A stretch of 64,000 nt of DNA, taken from positions 2,762 to 66,761 of the forward strand of contig SVTB01000001.1 in assembly GCA_015064015.1 (NCBI GenBank), read 5' to 3'. Both the position numbers and the translations under genes were made by a program. Numbering within the stretch: the stretch's first letter is position 1; every line of letters starts with the position of its first letter. The stretch is from Oscillospiraceae bacterium. Lineage in GTDB: Bacteria > Bacillota > Clostridia > Oscillospirales > CAG-272. This document shows positions 1 through 9,180 of the stretch, piece after piece. The notes below the pieces were generated by a model, which did no database searches, was not told where the DNA came from, and saw only the letters and a list, made by a program, of their open reading frames with translations.

Positions 1-492
1 CACCTTGTTGAGGTCGTACTCGGTGATCATGCTCCGCTCCACTAAGAGTTTGATGGGCTTGTAAGAATCCATCGATTTTGCCAGAATTTTTGCGTAGGCC
101 TCCTCGAAGTCTACCCAATCCCCGTCGTAGTTGACCTGCCACGTGGTACCGTCGTCCTCAGACAGACCCATCTGCTCGAAATCGGGAAACACGTACAGAG
201 TGCCTTCATGAATGCAGTAAAGGGGACCGTTGAGCTTCGCCCCGAATTTTACGGGGAGACCACGCGCCGCCACGCCGTTGTAACAGCGGTAGGCGGGGTC
301 GGAGGTAATGCCCATGGCGAACTTTTTCTTGAAAGCCGCGTAATAGGGAGATTTATAGTAAGCCTTTTTCGCTTTGGCGCGCTCGACGAGGATGAGGGGC
401 ACCGCGATTAAAGCCAGCAGGATAATGAAGGGAGAGCAGACGATGATGAGCAGGACAATCCATGCCTTGACGTACCATTTCATATTCTTCAT
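1..492 (-). CDS. hypothetical N-terminally membrane-anchored protein; C-terminus lies beyond the window edge
   Basis: Absent from the ORF track because there is no stop inside the window. Hand translation of the minus strand from ATG 490-492 gives MKNMKWYVKAWIVLLIIVCSPFIILLALIAVPLILVERAKAKK...EYDLNKV, 164 codons open to base 1. One TM helix. The ATG overlaps the metF stop (ATGA at 489-492). Confidence 0.55.
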   Translation of the reverse strand, partial: MKNMKWYVKAWIVLLIIVCSPFIILLALIAVPLILVERAKAKKAYYKSPYYAAFKKKFAMGITSDPAYRCYNGVAARGLPVKFGAKLNGPLYCIHEGTLYVFPDFEQMGLSEDDGTTWQVNYDGDWVDFEEAYAKILAKSMDSYKPIKLLVERSMITEYDLNKV

Positions 493-1364
493 CCCAGGAT
501 CTCCGACAGATTCTCCAGAATCTTCCTCGCCACGTCGGGCTTATTCATGGTGTACACGTGGACGTTCTTCACCCCGTTGGCGTACAGATCAATGATCTGA
601 TCCGTGGCGTAGGCGATGCCCGCCTGCTTCATGGCGGCGGGGCTCCCGCCGAACTTATCCACCAGGGACACGAAGCGGCGGGGCATGAAGGACCCCGACA
701 GCTGGATGGCGCGGGCCACCTGGTTCCCTGCCGTGATAGGCATGATACCGGGTACTACGGGGACCGTGATCCCCGCCTCGCGGATCTTGTAGAGGAAGTT
801 GTACAGGAGGTTGTTGTCGAAGAACATCTGGGTGGTAAGGAACTCCACCCCCGCGTCCACCTTCTCTTTGAGGTAGCGGATGTCCTCCTTTTGGTGGGGA
901 GATTCGGGATGCACCTCGGGGTAGCAGGCGCCGCCGATGCAGAAATTTGCACCGCTCTCCTTCAGCTCACGGACAAGGTCTACGGCGTAGCGGTAGGGCC
1001 AGTTCGACCGATCCATCCCCTGCATATCCGCGGGAATGTCACCCCGCAAAGCCATGACGTTCTCGATGCCCGCGGCCTTCATGTCTCGAATACGGGCGCG
1101 TACCGTCTCTCGGGTGGAGGAGACGCAGGTGAGGTGGGCGAGGGTGGGAACGCCGTGAGCTTCCTTGATGGTCTTAGCGATCTCCAGGGTGTACTGACTG
1201 GTACCGCCTCCCGCGCCATAGGTCACGCTCATGAAAGAGGGATGCAATTTGGCGATCTCCTCAGTCGCGTGCTTGACGCTTTCAAAAGAAGAATCTGTCT
1301 TGGGCGGAAACACTTCAAAGGAGAGCATCAGCTTATCTTGATTCAGAATATCTGTCAGTTTCAT
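489..1364 (-). CDS. metF: 5,10-methylenetetrahydrofolate reductase
   Basis: 291 aa. MetF/MTHFR signatures FEVFPPKT, SVTYGAGGGT, LAHLTC, ALRGD. Near-consensus promoter about 35 nt upstream. Confidence 0.92.
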   Translation of the reverse strand: MKLTDILNQDKLMLSFEVFPPKTDSSFESVKHATEEIAKLHPSFMSVTYGAGGGTSQYTLEIAKTIKEAHGVPTLAHLTCVSSTRETVRARIRDMKAAGIENVMALRGDIPADMQGMDRSNWPYRYAVDLVRELKESGANFCIGGACYPEVHPESPHQKEDIRYLKEKVDAGVEFLTTQMFFDNNLLYNFLYKIREAGITVPVVPGIMPITAGNQVARAIQLSGSFMPRRFVSLVDKFGGSPAAMKQAGIAYATDQIIDLYANGVKNVHVYTMNKPDVARKILENLSEILG

Positions 1365-1397
1365 ATGATACCTTCCGTATGTAATCTTATATGGTGT

Positions 1398-1426
1398 ATT
1401 ATATCACATTTTTTTCAAAAATGCAA
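1398..1426 (-). promoter_or_regulatory. sigma-A type promoter of metF
   Basis: Minus strand reads TTGCAT, 17 nt, TATAAT. It lies between the Nif3 terminator and the metF ATG. Confidence 0.6.
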
Positions 1427-1453
1427 GAGATGCGCGTCCATCTGTCACGTTCG

Positions 1454-1488
1454 GCAAAAAAATATCCCCACACTTTCGTGGGGATATT
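1454..1488 (-). terminator. intrinsic terminator after the Nif3-family gene
   Basis: Minus-strand hairpin AATATCCCCAC/GTGGGGATATT (11 bp, 6-nt loop) followed by a U-run. It starts 13 nt after the stop at 1501. Confidence 0.8.
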
Positions 1489-1500
1489 GATAATGACAGA

Positions 1501-2295
1501 TTACACGGCAAACATCCGACAATGCTCTCCGATGATGACAGGTACGAGTTCTTCTTCAGCTTCGTCATAAATATCCTCCACCATATCCCGCAAAGCGGCA
1601 CATACAGGAAACTCCGTGTGGTAATGTCCCGCCGCCACGAGGCTCATGCCCTCAAAGGGAATATCGCAAAGCTGATGATATTTCAGCTCTCCCGTAACAT
1701 ATACGTCTGCTCCGGCGTTCAGTGCGGCACTGACATCTCCGTCACCGCCGCCACCCAGCACCGCCACACACGAAATGAGCTCATCCGCCGATGCACACAG
1801 CACCGAAGGTGCATTCAAGCGCTCCTTAACCAGTTGTGTGAAATCTTCAGGAGACATAGGAGTGGGAAGGTATCCAATACGCCCCATTTCCTTGCCCTCT
1901 GCGTTGTCGCAGTCCCCGAAAGAAGTAATATCCAACAGCCCCAAGCGGGCGGCCAGCATATCATTAACACCTCCATCCACCGTATCCAGACGGGTGTGGA
2001 AGGCCATAGCCGAAAGGCCATTGATAATGAGATCGATCACCTTGCGGGAAACCGTTGTCTCTCCGCTGATTTCTCTGATTCCCTTGAACAAAAGGGGATG
2101 ATGTGTAAGCAGGACGTTACATTCATAATCCAAAGCAGCATTGACCGCGTCCTCGGTGGCATCCAGCGAAATATACACCCCCGTAACAGGCGCGTTCTTA
2201 TCGGGACAAACAGAGAGACCGTCGTTATCCCAAGGGCAGGATAAGGAACGGGGAACGCGGGCTTCCAAGGCTTCGTAAAGTTCGATGACGGTCAT
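1501..2295 (-). CDS. Nif3-like dinuclear metal centre protein (YqfO family)
   Basis: 264 aa. Motifs NVLLTHHPLLF and AAGHYHTEFP. Sits 4 nt downstream of trmK, a conserved Firmicutes gene pair. Confidence 0.88.
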   Translation of the reverse strand: MTVIELYEALEARVPRSLSCPWDNDGLSVCPDKNAPVTGVYISLDATEDAVNAALDYECNVLLTHHPLLFKGIREISGETTVSRKVIDLIINGLSAMAFHTRLDTVDGGVNDMLAARLGLLDITSFGDCDNAEGKEMGRIGYLPTPMSPEDFTQLVKERLNAPSVLCASADELISCVAVLGGGGDGDVSAALNAGADVYVTGELKYHQLCDIPFEGMSLVAAGHYHTEFPVCAALRDMVEDIYDEAEEELVPVIIGEHCRMFAV

Positions 2296-2299
2296 GATG

Positions 2300-3022
2300 C
2301 TACCCTCCTAAGGCTTCCAGTTGAATTTGAAGAGATGCCAGCAAAACATCCGATTCGGACGTGTCCTGCCCCGCCAGATTTTTGGCATTTCGGGCGCGGG
2401 ATTCCTTCTTGATGGTCTGTGTTACCAGCTGACGGTGCAAAGGCTTTTCGGCGGGGGAATAGAGACGTCCTGTCAGGGCCTCGGCAGGGCTCCGAGGCGG
2501 CTCGGCAGAGGCAGGGGCATAATCGGCACAGATGATCTGATACAGCCGATCCCCTTCCGCGCACAAGGACTCTCCCGTAATGGTGAAGCCCAATGTGGGC
2601 AACGCCGCCCTCAGCTTTTCGGGATGTGTCATGGGTTGAAGAATGAGCCTCACGCCGTCGGCTTGTATCCACGGCGCAGCCTCCAGAATGGACGCGATGA
2701 GCTCCCCACCCATACCAAAAACGATAATGGTTTTGGGGTCATAGCTTTCCAAGCCGTTGAGCCCATCTGTGCAAACAGTCTTGATGGTTCCGCTCAGCCG
2801 TTCGGCACGGATATGCTGTTCCGCTCTCTCCACAGGGCCTTTATTGATGTCCGAGGCAATAGCGGATAAGGTCTCCCCGTTCTTGGTTGCAACGGGGGTC
2901 AAGATGCGTTTTTGGCAAAGATAAATGGGTAAGTAAGCATGGTCGGTACCCACGTCAGCCAAAAGAAGGTTGGGGCGCACATAGGGAACCGCACACATCA
3001 ATCGCGGGGACAGATGAATCAT
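2300..3022 (-). CDS. trmK: tRNA (adenine22-N1)-methyltransferase
   Basis: 240 aa. Motifs LADVGTDHAYLPIYL, ASDINKGP, FGMGGELI are characteristic of TrmK/YqfN. GGAGG lies upstream of the ATG. Confidence 0.85.
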   Translation of the reverse strand: MIHLSPRLMCAVPYVRPNLLLADVGTDHAYLPIYLCQKRILTPVATKNGETLSAIASDINKGPVERAEQHIRAERLSGTIKTVCTDGLNGLESYDPKTIIVFGMGGELIASILEAAPWIQADGVRLILQPMTHPEKLRAALPTLGFTITGESLCAEGDRLYQIICADYAPASAEPPRSPAEALTGRLYSPAEKPLHRQLVTQTIKKESRARNAKNLAGQDTSESDVLLASLQIQLEALGG

Positions 3023-3049
3023 GATGCCTCCAAGCAGGGTCTTGATTTG

Positions 3050-3087
3050 CCAAAGGCCGCGAGCAAACGCGGCCTTTGGTGTTTTTT
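3050..3087. terminator. strong hairpin directly after the DUF1858 gene; the T-tract is on the plus-strand side
   Basis: Stem CCAAAGGCCGCG/CGCGGCCTTTGG (12 bp, loop AGCAAA) followed on the plus strand by TGTTTTTT. In the minus (gene) sense the A-run precedes the stem and no U-run follows. Confidence 0.5.
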
Positions 3088-3286
3088 AGTTGTTTTTGAG
3101 ATGCGCGTTGATCTTTTCTACCAGCGCATCGGCATCGGTACCGTGAACAGCGCAAGCCTGCTCGATGGTTTCGCCACGAGCAGAAGGACAGCCCAGACAG
3201 TGCATACCGATCTCAAAGAAATACACAGCGGTGTCGGGAGCCATGTCCAAAACGTCACCGATGATGGAATTCTTGGTTACTTTCAT
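3086..3286 (-). CDS. DUF1858 / hybrid-cluster-protein-associated redox disulfide domain protein
   Basis: ORF 3086..3355 trimmed to ATG 3286, with GGAGG 9 nt upstream. 66 aa. MHCLGCPSARGETIEQACAVHG matches the small CxxC DUF1858 family. Confidence 0.75.
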   Translation of the reverse strand: MKVTKNSIIGDVLDMAPDTAVYFFEIGMHCLGCPSARGETIEQACAVHGTDADALVEKINAHLKNN

Positions 3287-3399
3287 TTCTATATACCTCC
3301 ATTGGGAATTTGCTATCAGCACCTTTATTATACACGTTTTTACACCGTATGTCAAGTGGGAAGCTCAAGAATATTCAGGAAACGGTTGCTCTTGAAGGA

Positions 3400-6264
3400 T
3401 CACTTCCTTTTCCTCTTCAAGAGAGTCGGCATCGCAATCGCAGCATAAGCACATAGACCCAGCACGCCGCCCGTCAAAACAATCATGACCTTGAGATGGG
3501 TAGAGTACACATAGACCGTCGGTGCCGTTCCCTTAGGAGGCATGACTTCGGGAATATCCGATGGCTCGGTGCTTTCATCGGGATCATTTCCCACAGGCTC
3601 GGAGGCCTCGGGAAGGGTGTCCTCGGGGCGCTTGAGTCCCGGCAGTACGTCACTCTCCTCACGAGAGGGCTCGATGGAGCCATCGGCCGTTAGCAGAGCA
3701 TAGTCATCCACCGCCACCGCATCTCTGCCCTGTCCTTCGGGACAAATATACAGATATGCAAAGCGGTCGTTGGGCGCGGTATCACCCAAATCCATGAACT
3801 CCATGATATTGCCGTCAAGCGTGGAATTGTCTGCCCATTTGAAGCCGAGGGCCGTTGCTGTTCCCTCTATTTCCACAACCGATTTGGCAAGGCGAATGAC
3901 CATCCGTGATCCCTCGACCGTATAGAGAGCCTGACCAATGTGCTTCCCTTCCCAGCCGTCAGCCAAGGATTCCACCGAAACATAGTGACCATCTCTGGCT
4001 CGGTTGAGAACCAGATCAAAGCCCTCCCAGCCCGTGGCGGGGTTGTTGTCTGTGTCGATATAAAGGTTCATCCAGTTTTGACCGTCATCCACGATCACAT
4101 CTCTGGCGGTCTCTGCCATAAAGTAAAGATACTCGGCATCTTGAGAGACCTTCGCTGACACAAAGTCGTTACGGCCGCTGTTGTTGATATAGTTATGACC
4201 CGTGAAGTAGCCGTCCTCTTTCCGCCACGCTGTATCCTGCACGTTATCGCCATAAGTCGGGGTAACTGTTTCCCAAGATTCGGGAGCTCCCAGCGTAACA
4301 GAAATCTGACCTCCCGCTTCAGTCACCTTACCCGTCCCTTTAAAATCACGGATATAGGACGCCATTTGATAATAGAAATTATCTCCAAAGCCCACCTCTT
4401 GGCCACCACGGAGTTTCATGGGCTCGGCATCGCGGGAATACTCGGTATTGAACTGATCCACAAACTGGAATCCAAGGTCCGGTACGCCCGCAAAGGTATC
4501 ATACCCGCTGGAGGAATGATTCAAACCGGCAACCCATTCGTTCCAACCCGTGATCATCACCATATCGGGATCATAATATTTCACGGCTTCGTACTGGAAC
4601 GCAAAGCCGAGACCGGCACCCGAATCCAAGGAAAAGCCAAAGTCCTCGTTCTGGATCTGGGGGAATTTGGTATTGAGATAAGAACGCCCCTTGCTGGTGG
4701 TGGGATGGTGTCCCACACAGAGGGCAAGCTGTTCAAAATTGCCGTTCAAATCACGACCGGGACCACCCAAAACGTAACGGAAGGTGCCGTTACGCCCCTG
4801 GTATTCTTGGAGCCAGTTCCAAGCGCCGTCCGCATCTTTCCATGCCCAGCAATCACGCACAGTAAAGGTCTCGTTGATCCATTGGCCAAGCTCCGAGGTG
4901 TCCCCGGCACAGCTTGCCAGGGTCAAGGGCTTCCCTTTATACTGATAGAAAAGCTCTCCGTATTTGGCAAAGCCTGCCTCAGAGTACATTCCGCCGCGGA
5001 GCGAACCCATAACGGCATCATACTTGCCCGCGCTGAATACGCAAATATCGGGAGTGGAACCACCTTCCTTGCGAATGGCCAACCAAGTGTCCAGCAAAAC
5101 TTGAAGTCCTTCAGGATAGTAAGCACCATTGGTAAAATCCAAAAAGACGAAATCCACTCCTGCTGCCTCCAGCTGATAGGCATGCTTGCGGAAAACCCAG
5201 GAATCCACATTTTTATAGTAACCAAAGTAGGGCTCGGCCCAATAATAAGAACCGCTTTCTCTTGGATCGGTCAGATGCTCTTTGAGCCCGTCCAAACCGT
5301 CTTCCAAAAAGATCTTGGTATTATCCTGAATAAATTCAGAGTCCTCTCCCGTTTGACAGAGGAAATAGAAGACACCCACCTGCTTATCCTCGCGAAGCGC
5401 AACGTCCGTAGGGGTTGTGCGGTCGCGGTCGTCCGTGGCCACCCACGTGGAATAGTCCAAAGGCGCTCCCTGCACGTTGGCTTTTTGCACCGCAAGTTCA
5501 CTGTGCTCAAAGGTCAGGTTGTCGATATGACCCTCCATTCCGTCGGCAAACAAGGTGAAATAGCCGGCGGGACGGAGATCCGAGGATGCTTTTGAGGAAA
5601 GAATATCGCCTTGGGCATTCAAAACGGCCAAGGCACCGTTGTATCCGTTGTAGGTCACCGCGCAAAGAAGGGTATCATTTACATACAACTCAATAGCATC
5701 AGCCTTGTCTTTGACGGTGATTTTAGCCTCGGAAATTACGGAACTTGCCTGCACAACTGCTTTCAACCGGCTCTCAGGCTCGGTTACCGTAACGGTATTG
5801 GTGCCGTCCAACGTAAACCAAATACCCCGACGGTCGGTATCGGTGGCGGTGCGAGAAAGACGCACGCCCAGTGAGAGCTTGCCGCCCGTAATGTTGGTTT
5901 CCACCGACATATCGCCGCCATAAAGACCGTAATCGTCTCCCAAAATCAGAGAAGACCCAAAGGAAAAGCTCCCACCCGGCTTACAGGACAGCGTATTCCC
6001 GTCAAAGATCATATTGGTACGAAGAGAGGAGGTTGCCAGCACGGCATCGGTGGAGTAATCGGTGATCTCGGTAGAGGAGAAATCGTAGGTGTAAATCGTT
6101 TGGTTGGGAGTTACCCAATCGTATTCGCGGTCATCACGCTTAATATCTACGGCGGAAAGCGTAGGCTGTCCGTCTGCCACCACGGTCGTAGGGAAGGCAG
6201 TGATCCAAACGGCCAACAGCAACCCCCACGCCACCCATGGACATATCTTGAACTTCTGTTTCAT
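3400..6264 (-). CDS. secreted, C-terminally membrane-anchored putative glycoside hydrolase with an N-terminal ConA/LamG-like domain
   Basis: ORF 3400..6270 (TTG) trimmed to ATG 6264, 7 nt after the upstream stop. Signal peptide MKQKFKICPWVAWGLLLAVWITAFPTTVVA. The centre (VFYFLCQ..YYWAEPYFGYY..AGVDFVFLDFTN) looks like a TIM-barrel glycosidase-like family (DUF5010-like, from memory). NLYIDTDNNPATGW suggests a beta-sandwich. C-terminal TM helix plus KRKRK. Confidence 0.8.
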   Translation of the reverse strand: MKQKFKICPWVAWGLLLAVWITAFPTTVVADGQPTLSAVDIKRDDREYDWVTPNQTIYTYDFSSTEITDYSTDAVLATSSLRTNMIFDGNTLSCKPGGSFSFGSSLILGDDYGLYGGDMSVETNITGGKLSLGVRLSRTATDTDRRGIWFTLDGTNTVTVTEPESRLKAVVQASSVISEAKITVKDKADAIELYVNDTLLCAVTYNGYNGALAVLNAQGDILSSKASSDLRPAGYFTLFADGMEGHIDNLTFEHSELAVQKANVQGAPLDYSTWVATDDRDRTTPTDVALREDKQVGVFYFLCQTGEDSEFIQDNTKIFLEDGLDGLKEHLTDPRESGSYYWAEPYFGYYKNVDSWVFRKHAYQLEAAGVDFVFLDFTNGAYYPEGLQVLLDTWLAIRKEGGSTPDICVFSAGKYDAVMGSLRGGMYSEAGFAKYGELFYQYKGKPLTLASCAGDTSELGQWINETFTVRDCWAWKDADGAWNWLQEYQGRNGTFRYVLGGPGRDLNGNFEQLALCVGHHPTTSKGRSYLNTKFPQIQNEDFGFSLDSGAGLGFAFQYEAVKYYDPDMVMITGWNEWVAGLNHSSSGYDTFAGVPDLGFQFVDQFNTEYSRDAEPMKLRGGQEVGFGDNFYYQMASYIRDFKGTGKVTEAGGQISVTLGAPESWETVTPTYGDNVQDTAWRKEDGYFTGHNYINNSGRNDFVSAKVSQDAEYLYFMAETARDVIVDDGQNWMNLYIDTDNNPATGWEGFDLVLNRARDGHYVSVESLADGWEGKHIGQALYTVEGSRMVIRLAKSVVEIEGTATALGFKWADNSTLDGNIMEFMDLGDTAPNDRFAYLYICPEGQGRDAVAVDDYALLTADGSIEPSREESDVLPGLKRPEDTLPEASEPVGNDPDESTEPSDIPEVMPPKGTAPTVYVYSTHLKVMIVLTGGVLGLCAYAAIAMPTLLKRKRK

Positions 6265-6271
6265 AGCCAAC

Positions 6272-7552
6272 TCACTTTCTCACCTTGACAGTGATGTAGC
6301 CTGCGGTGATACCCACAGCTATCAACATAACGGCCGCAAGAATCCAAACAGCAAGGGAATCCTCCACCTCTACGATCACGGGTACAGTTGCCTCGGTTTC
6401 AGCCTCAGAGCGTTGCTCCGATGCGAGAGTCTCGGTGGGGGTTTCCGTTACGGAGTCAGTAGGAGCATCGATAGGCGCATCGGTAGGCGCATCCGTAGGT
6501 TCTTCCGTAGGGGGTTCGGTCGGCGTCTCGGTAACAGCCTCTATCGCAAGGATCCCGTCTTCGGCCTTGGTCAGCTTACTGTAATTGATAACCAGCGCCT
6601 TCCCTGCATCAGAAAGTGCATCGTACAGTGCACGCGCCTCAGCGACAAGCTCTTTGGCATCTTCCACATTCTTGTCCGTCACCTTGGCGGGCAGCTTGTT
6701 AATAGCCAGAATCGTCTGATACGAAGGATTTGCCTTCACACGGACGTTATCCACAGCCATATTGGCAGCGCGGGTTGTCCAACCCATAATGGATCCGTCG
6801 CTGGACAGCAACGGATGGGTATAGGTACCCTTTTCGTTGCCCTCGGCATCGTAGAGCTTGGCAGAGCCGAAGCACTTACCTTCAGACTCATGCTTATCAT
6901 AGACATGGCCGGGATCAGCCAAGGTAATGTAGCACATAAGCGTATCATTCACATAAATCGTCATTTCACTACCCGTGTCTGTCACGCGGAGATTGTAGGG
7001 ATATGAAGCTCCTGCGGGCAACGGGAAGGTTACGGTATTGTTTTTCAGGCGAGCAGTCTCGGCTGCCTGTTCGTCATAAGTCTTGACATTAACGCCCAGT
7101 TGGCCGCCACGAGTATAGAGAAATAAGCCCGACTGGCCCACCGAGGTATCAGGGTGTCCGTCACCCTCATAGAAGGCCGCCGTTGTCTTCGGCGCACGGA
7201 CAAATACACCCGTCTGCACGCTTCCCTGCGCCTCCAGAATATCCAGAGAAAATTCATAGGCGCCTACCACGGGCGTAGCGCAATAAATCTGCGTGAAAAC
7301 GTGAGAAAAAAGATACAGATTACCCGAAGCATCCTCCTGTACGTTGATGATGCCATCTCCGATGGAATTGTAATCGCAGACAAAGAAATTCGGCATGGTG
7401 GTGGAGCTGACATTGATATTCTTTTCGTACTCTTCAAAACTTTCCTCGAATATCACCGCCATGCTCCCGTTCTCGTCGGCAGAAACAAAAAACGTGGCTA
7501 AGCTAAAGAGCAGGCATAGGGTCATCAGCAGGACAAACAGATTTCGCTTCAT
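6272..7552 (-). CDS. surface protein: signal peptide, ConA/LamG-like domain, helical module, PT-rich linker, C-terminal TM anchor
   Basis: 426 aa. Signal peptide MKRNLFVLLMTLCLLFSLATFFVSA. MTIYVNDTLMCYITL is paralogous to IELYVNDTLLCAVTY in the next gene. Linker TETPTEPPTEEPTDAPTDAPIDAPTD. Terminal TM helix plus KVRK. Confidence 0.8.
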   Translation of the reverse strand: MKRNLFVLLMTLCLLFSLATFFVSADENGSMAVIFEESFEEYEKNINVSSTTMPNFFVCDYNSIGDGIINVQEDASGNLYLFSHVFTQIYCATPVVGAYEFSLDILEAQGSVQTGVFVRAPKTTAAFYEGDGHPDTSVGQSGLFLYTRGGQLGVNVKTYDEQAAETARLKNNTVTFPLPAGASYPYNLRVTDTGSEMTIYVNDTLMCYITLADPGHVYDKHESEGKCFGSAKLYDAEGNEKGTYTHPLLSSDGSIMGWTTRAANMAVDNVRVKANPSYQTILAINKLPAKVTDKNVEDAKELVAEARALYDALSDAGKALVINYSKLTKAEDGILAIEAVTETPTEPPTEEPTDAPTDAPIDAPTDSVTETPTETLASEQRSEAETEATVPVIVEVEDSLAVWILAAVMLIAVGITAGYITVKVRK

Positions 7553-7697
7553 GAAATACTCCTTTCGAATTCAAAAAGCCCCGAGGCGCGTATTCGGAAT
7601 TTCCCGACAAAGGGACTCTTCGCTCATATTCAAATACGCCAGTACCGCACGGGGTACTGACACTCCGATATACAATATCGCCCTTCATATCCTTTTC

Positions 7698-7753
7698 CAC
7701 AAAGGTTCTTAAAGAGGGCGTTGGGGAAACTTCTTTTAAGAAGTTTCCCCAAC
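7698..7753 (-). repeat. palindrome-plus-tail intergenic repeat, copy A
   Basis: Perfect 16-bp-arm palindrome GTTGGGGAAACTTCTT tt AAGAAGTTTCCCCAAC at 7720-7753. On the minus strand it is followed by the tail GCCCTCTTTAAGAACCTTTGTGG. Begins 8 nt after the GH4 stop. Confidence 0.7.
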
Positions 7754-7761
7754 AAAAGCAA

Positions 7762-9081
7762 TCAGAAAATAGGATACCCGGCCTTCTCGTGAGCCTCAAT
7801 GAGCTCGTCACAGAGGGAAACGATCTCGTCGGTGGACAGCTCGGCACCGGTATGAGGCTCCATCATAGCAGCCTGATACAAGGTCTCGCGCTTGCCGGTG
7901 TGAGCGGCCTCGATGGTCAGCATCTGAGGATAGATGTTGGAGGCGTTCATAGCAGCCAGCTGGAGAGGCAACTCACCAACATGAGTGGGAGTGATACCGT
8001 TGTTGTCTACGAGGCAAGGCACTTCCACGCAGGCATCCCAAGGCAAGTTGGAGATACAGCCGTGATTAAGTACGTTACCGCCGATCTTGTAAGGGGTGTT
8101 GGTCACGATGGCTTCCATAATATGGGATGCGTACTCCAAAGAACGGGTGTGCTGAACGTTGCCGCCGGCCATCAGCTCTTCCTTCTGCTTCTGCCAGCCC
8201 GCGATCTGGGCAACACAACGACGAGGATACTCGTCCAGCGGAATGTTGAACTTCTCAATCAGGTCGGGACGGTTGGGCTTGATGTAGAATGCGTTATACT
8301 CGGCGTTGTGCTCCGAGCTTTCAGTGCAGTAATAACCCAGCTTATCAATGTAGTCGAAGCGAACCATGTCATAATGCTTTTCGGTGGCGTTCTTCTCCTT
8401 GGCGCGGCGGCGGATTTCGGGATAGAGGTCATTGCCGTTCTTATCCTTGATCTCCAGCAGCCATGCCATGTGGTTAATACCCGCGATCTTTGACTGAGAG
8501 CCCTCAATCAGCTCGGGCATACCCACACCATGCAAAATGGCGGGCACGCAGACCTGAACGCTGTGGCACAAACCCACGGTCTTCACACCGGTATGTCTCT
8601 GCATATAGCCTGCCAGAATGGCCATAGGGTTGGTGTAGTTGAGGAACCATGCGTCAGGGCAAACCTCCTCCATGTCACGGGCAAAGCCCTTGAGAACGTG
8701 GATGGTTCTCATACCGCGCATAATACCGCCGATACCGAGGGTGTCTGCGATGGTCTGACGCAGACCGTACTTCTTGGGAATCTCGAAGTCAATGATGGTG
8801 CAGGGATCGTATAAGCCGACCTGAATGGCATCCACCACGAAGTTGGCACCGCGAAGAGCATCCTTGCGCTGTTCCACGCCCAAATACTTCTTAATAGTGG
8901 CGCGGCCCTGGTTGATGGTGTTGTTCATGGCGGTGATCAGGAGATAGGACTCCTCCAAGCGGTTGGCATCAATGTCGTAAAGCGCGATCTCTACATCGTG
9001 GAATGCAGGACACAACATGGTGTCACCCAAAACGTTTTTGGAAAATACGGTGCTGCCGGCACCCATAAATGTTACTTTCAT
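7762..9081 (-). CDS. glycoside hydrolase family 4 (NAD/Mn-dependent alpha-galactosidase/alpha-glucosidase type)
   Basis: 439 aa. N-terminal MKVTFMGAGSTVF Rossmann site, plus the GLCHSVQ and IAGINHMAW motifs typical of GH4 (MelA-like). Confidence 0.88.
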   Translation of the reverse strand: MKVTFMGAGSTVFSKNVLGDTMLCPAFHDVEIALYDIDANRLEESYLLITAMNNTINQGRATIKKYLGVEQRKDALRGANFVVDAIQVGLYDPCTIIDFEIPKKYGLRQTIADTLGIGGIMRGMRTIHVLKGFARDMEEVCPDAWFLNYTNPMAILAGYMQRHTGVKTVGLCHSVQVCVPAILHGVGMPELIEGSQSKIAGINHMAWLLEIKDKNGNDLYPEIRRRAKEKNATEKHYDMVRFDYIDKLGYYCTESSEHNAEYNAFYIKPNRPDLIEKFNIPLDEYPRRCVAQIAGWQKQKEELMAGGNVQHTRSLEYASHIMEAIVTNTPYKIGGNVLNHGCISNLPWDACVEVPCLVDNNGITPTHVGELPLQLAAMNASNIYPQMLTIEAAHTGKRETLYQAAMMEPHTGAELSTDEIVSLCDELIEAHEKAGYPIF

Positions 9082-9180
9082 GACAGACTCCTTTTATTTT
9101 TTATTTTATTTTTAAACAACGGAATACAACCCTCTATGTAGTCTCTCTATAGCCTTTTATAGTTCTTGAAGGGGCTCGCC

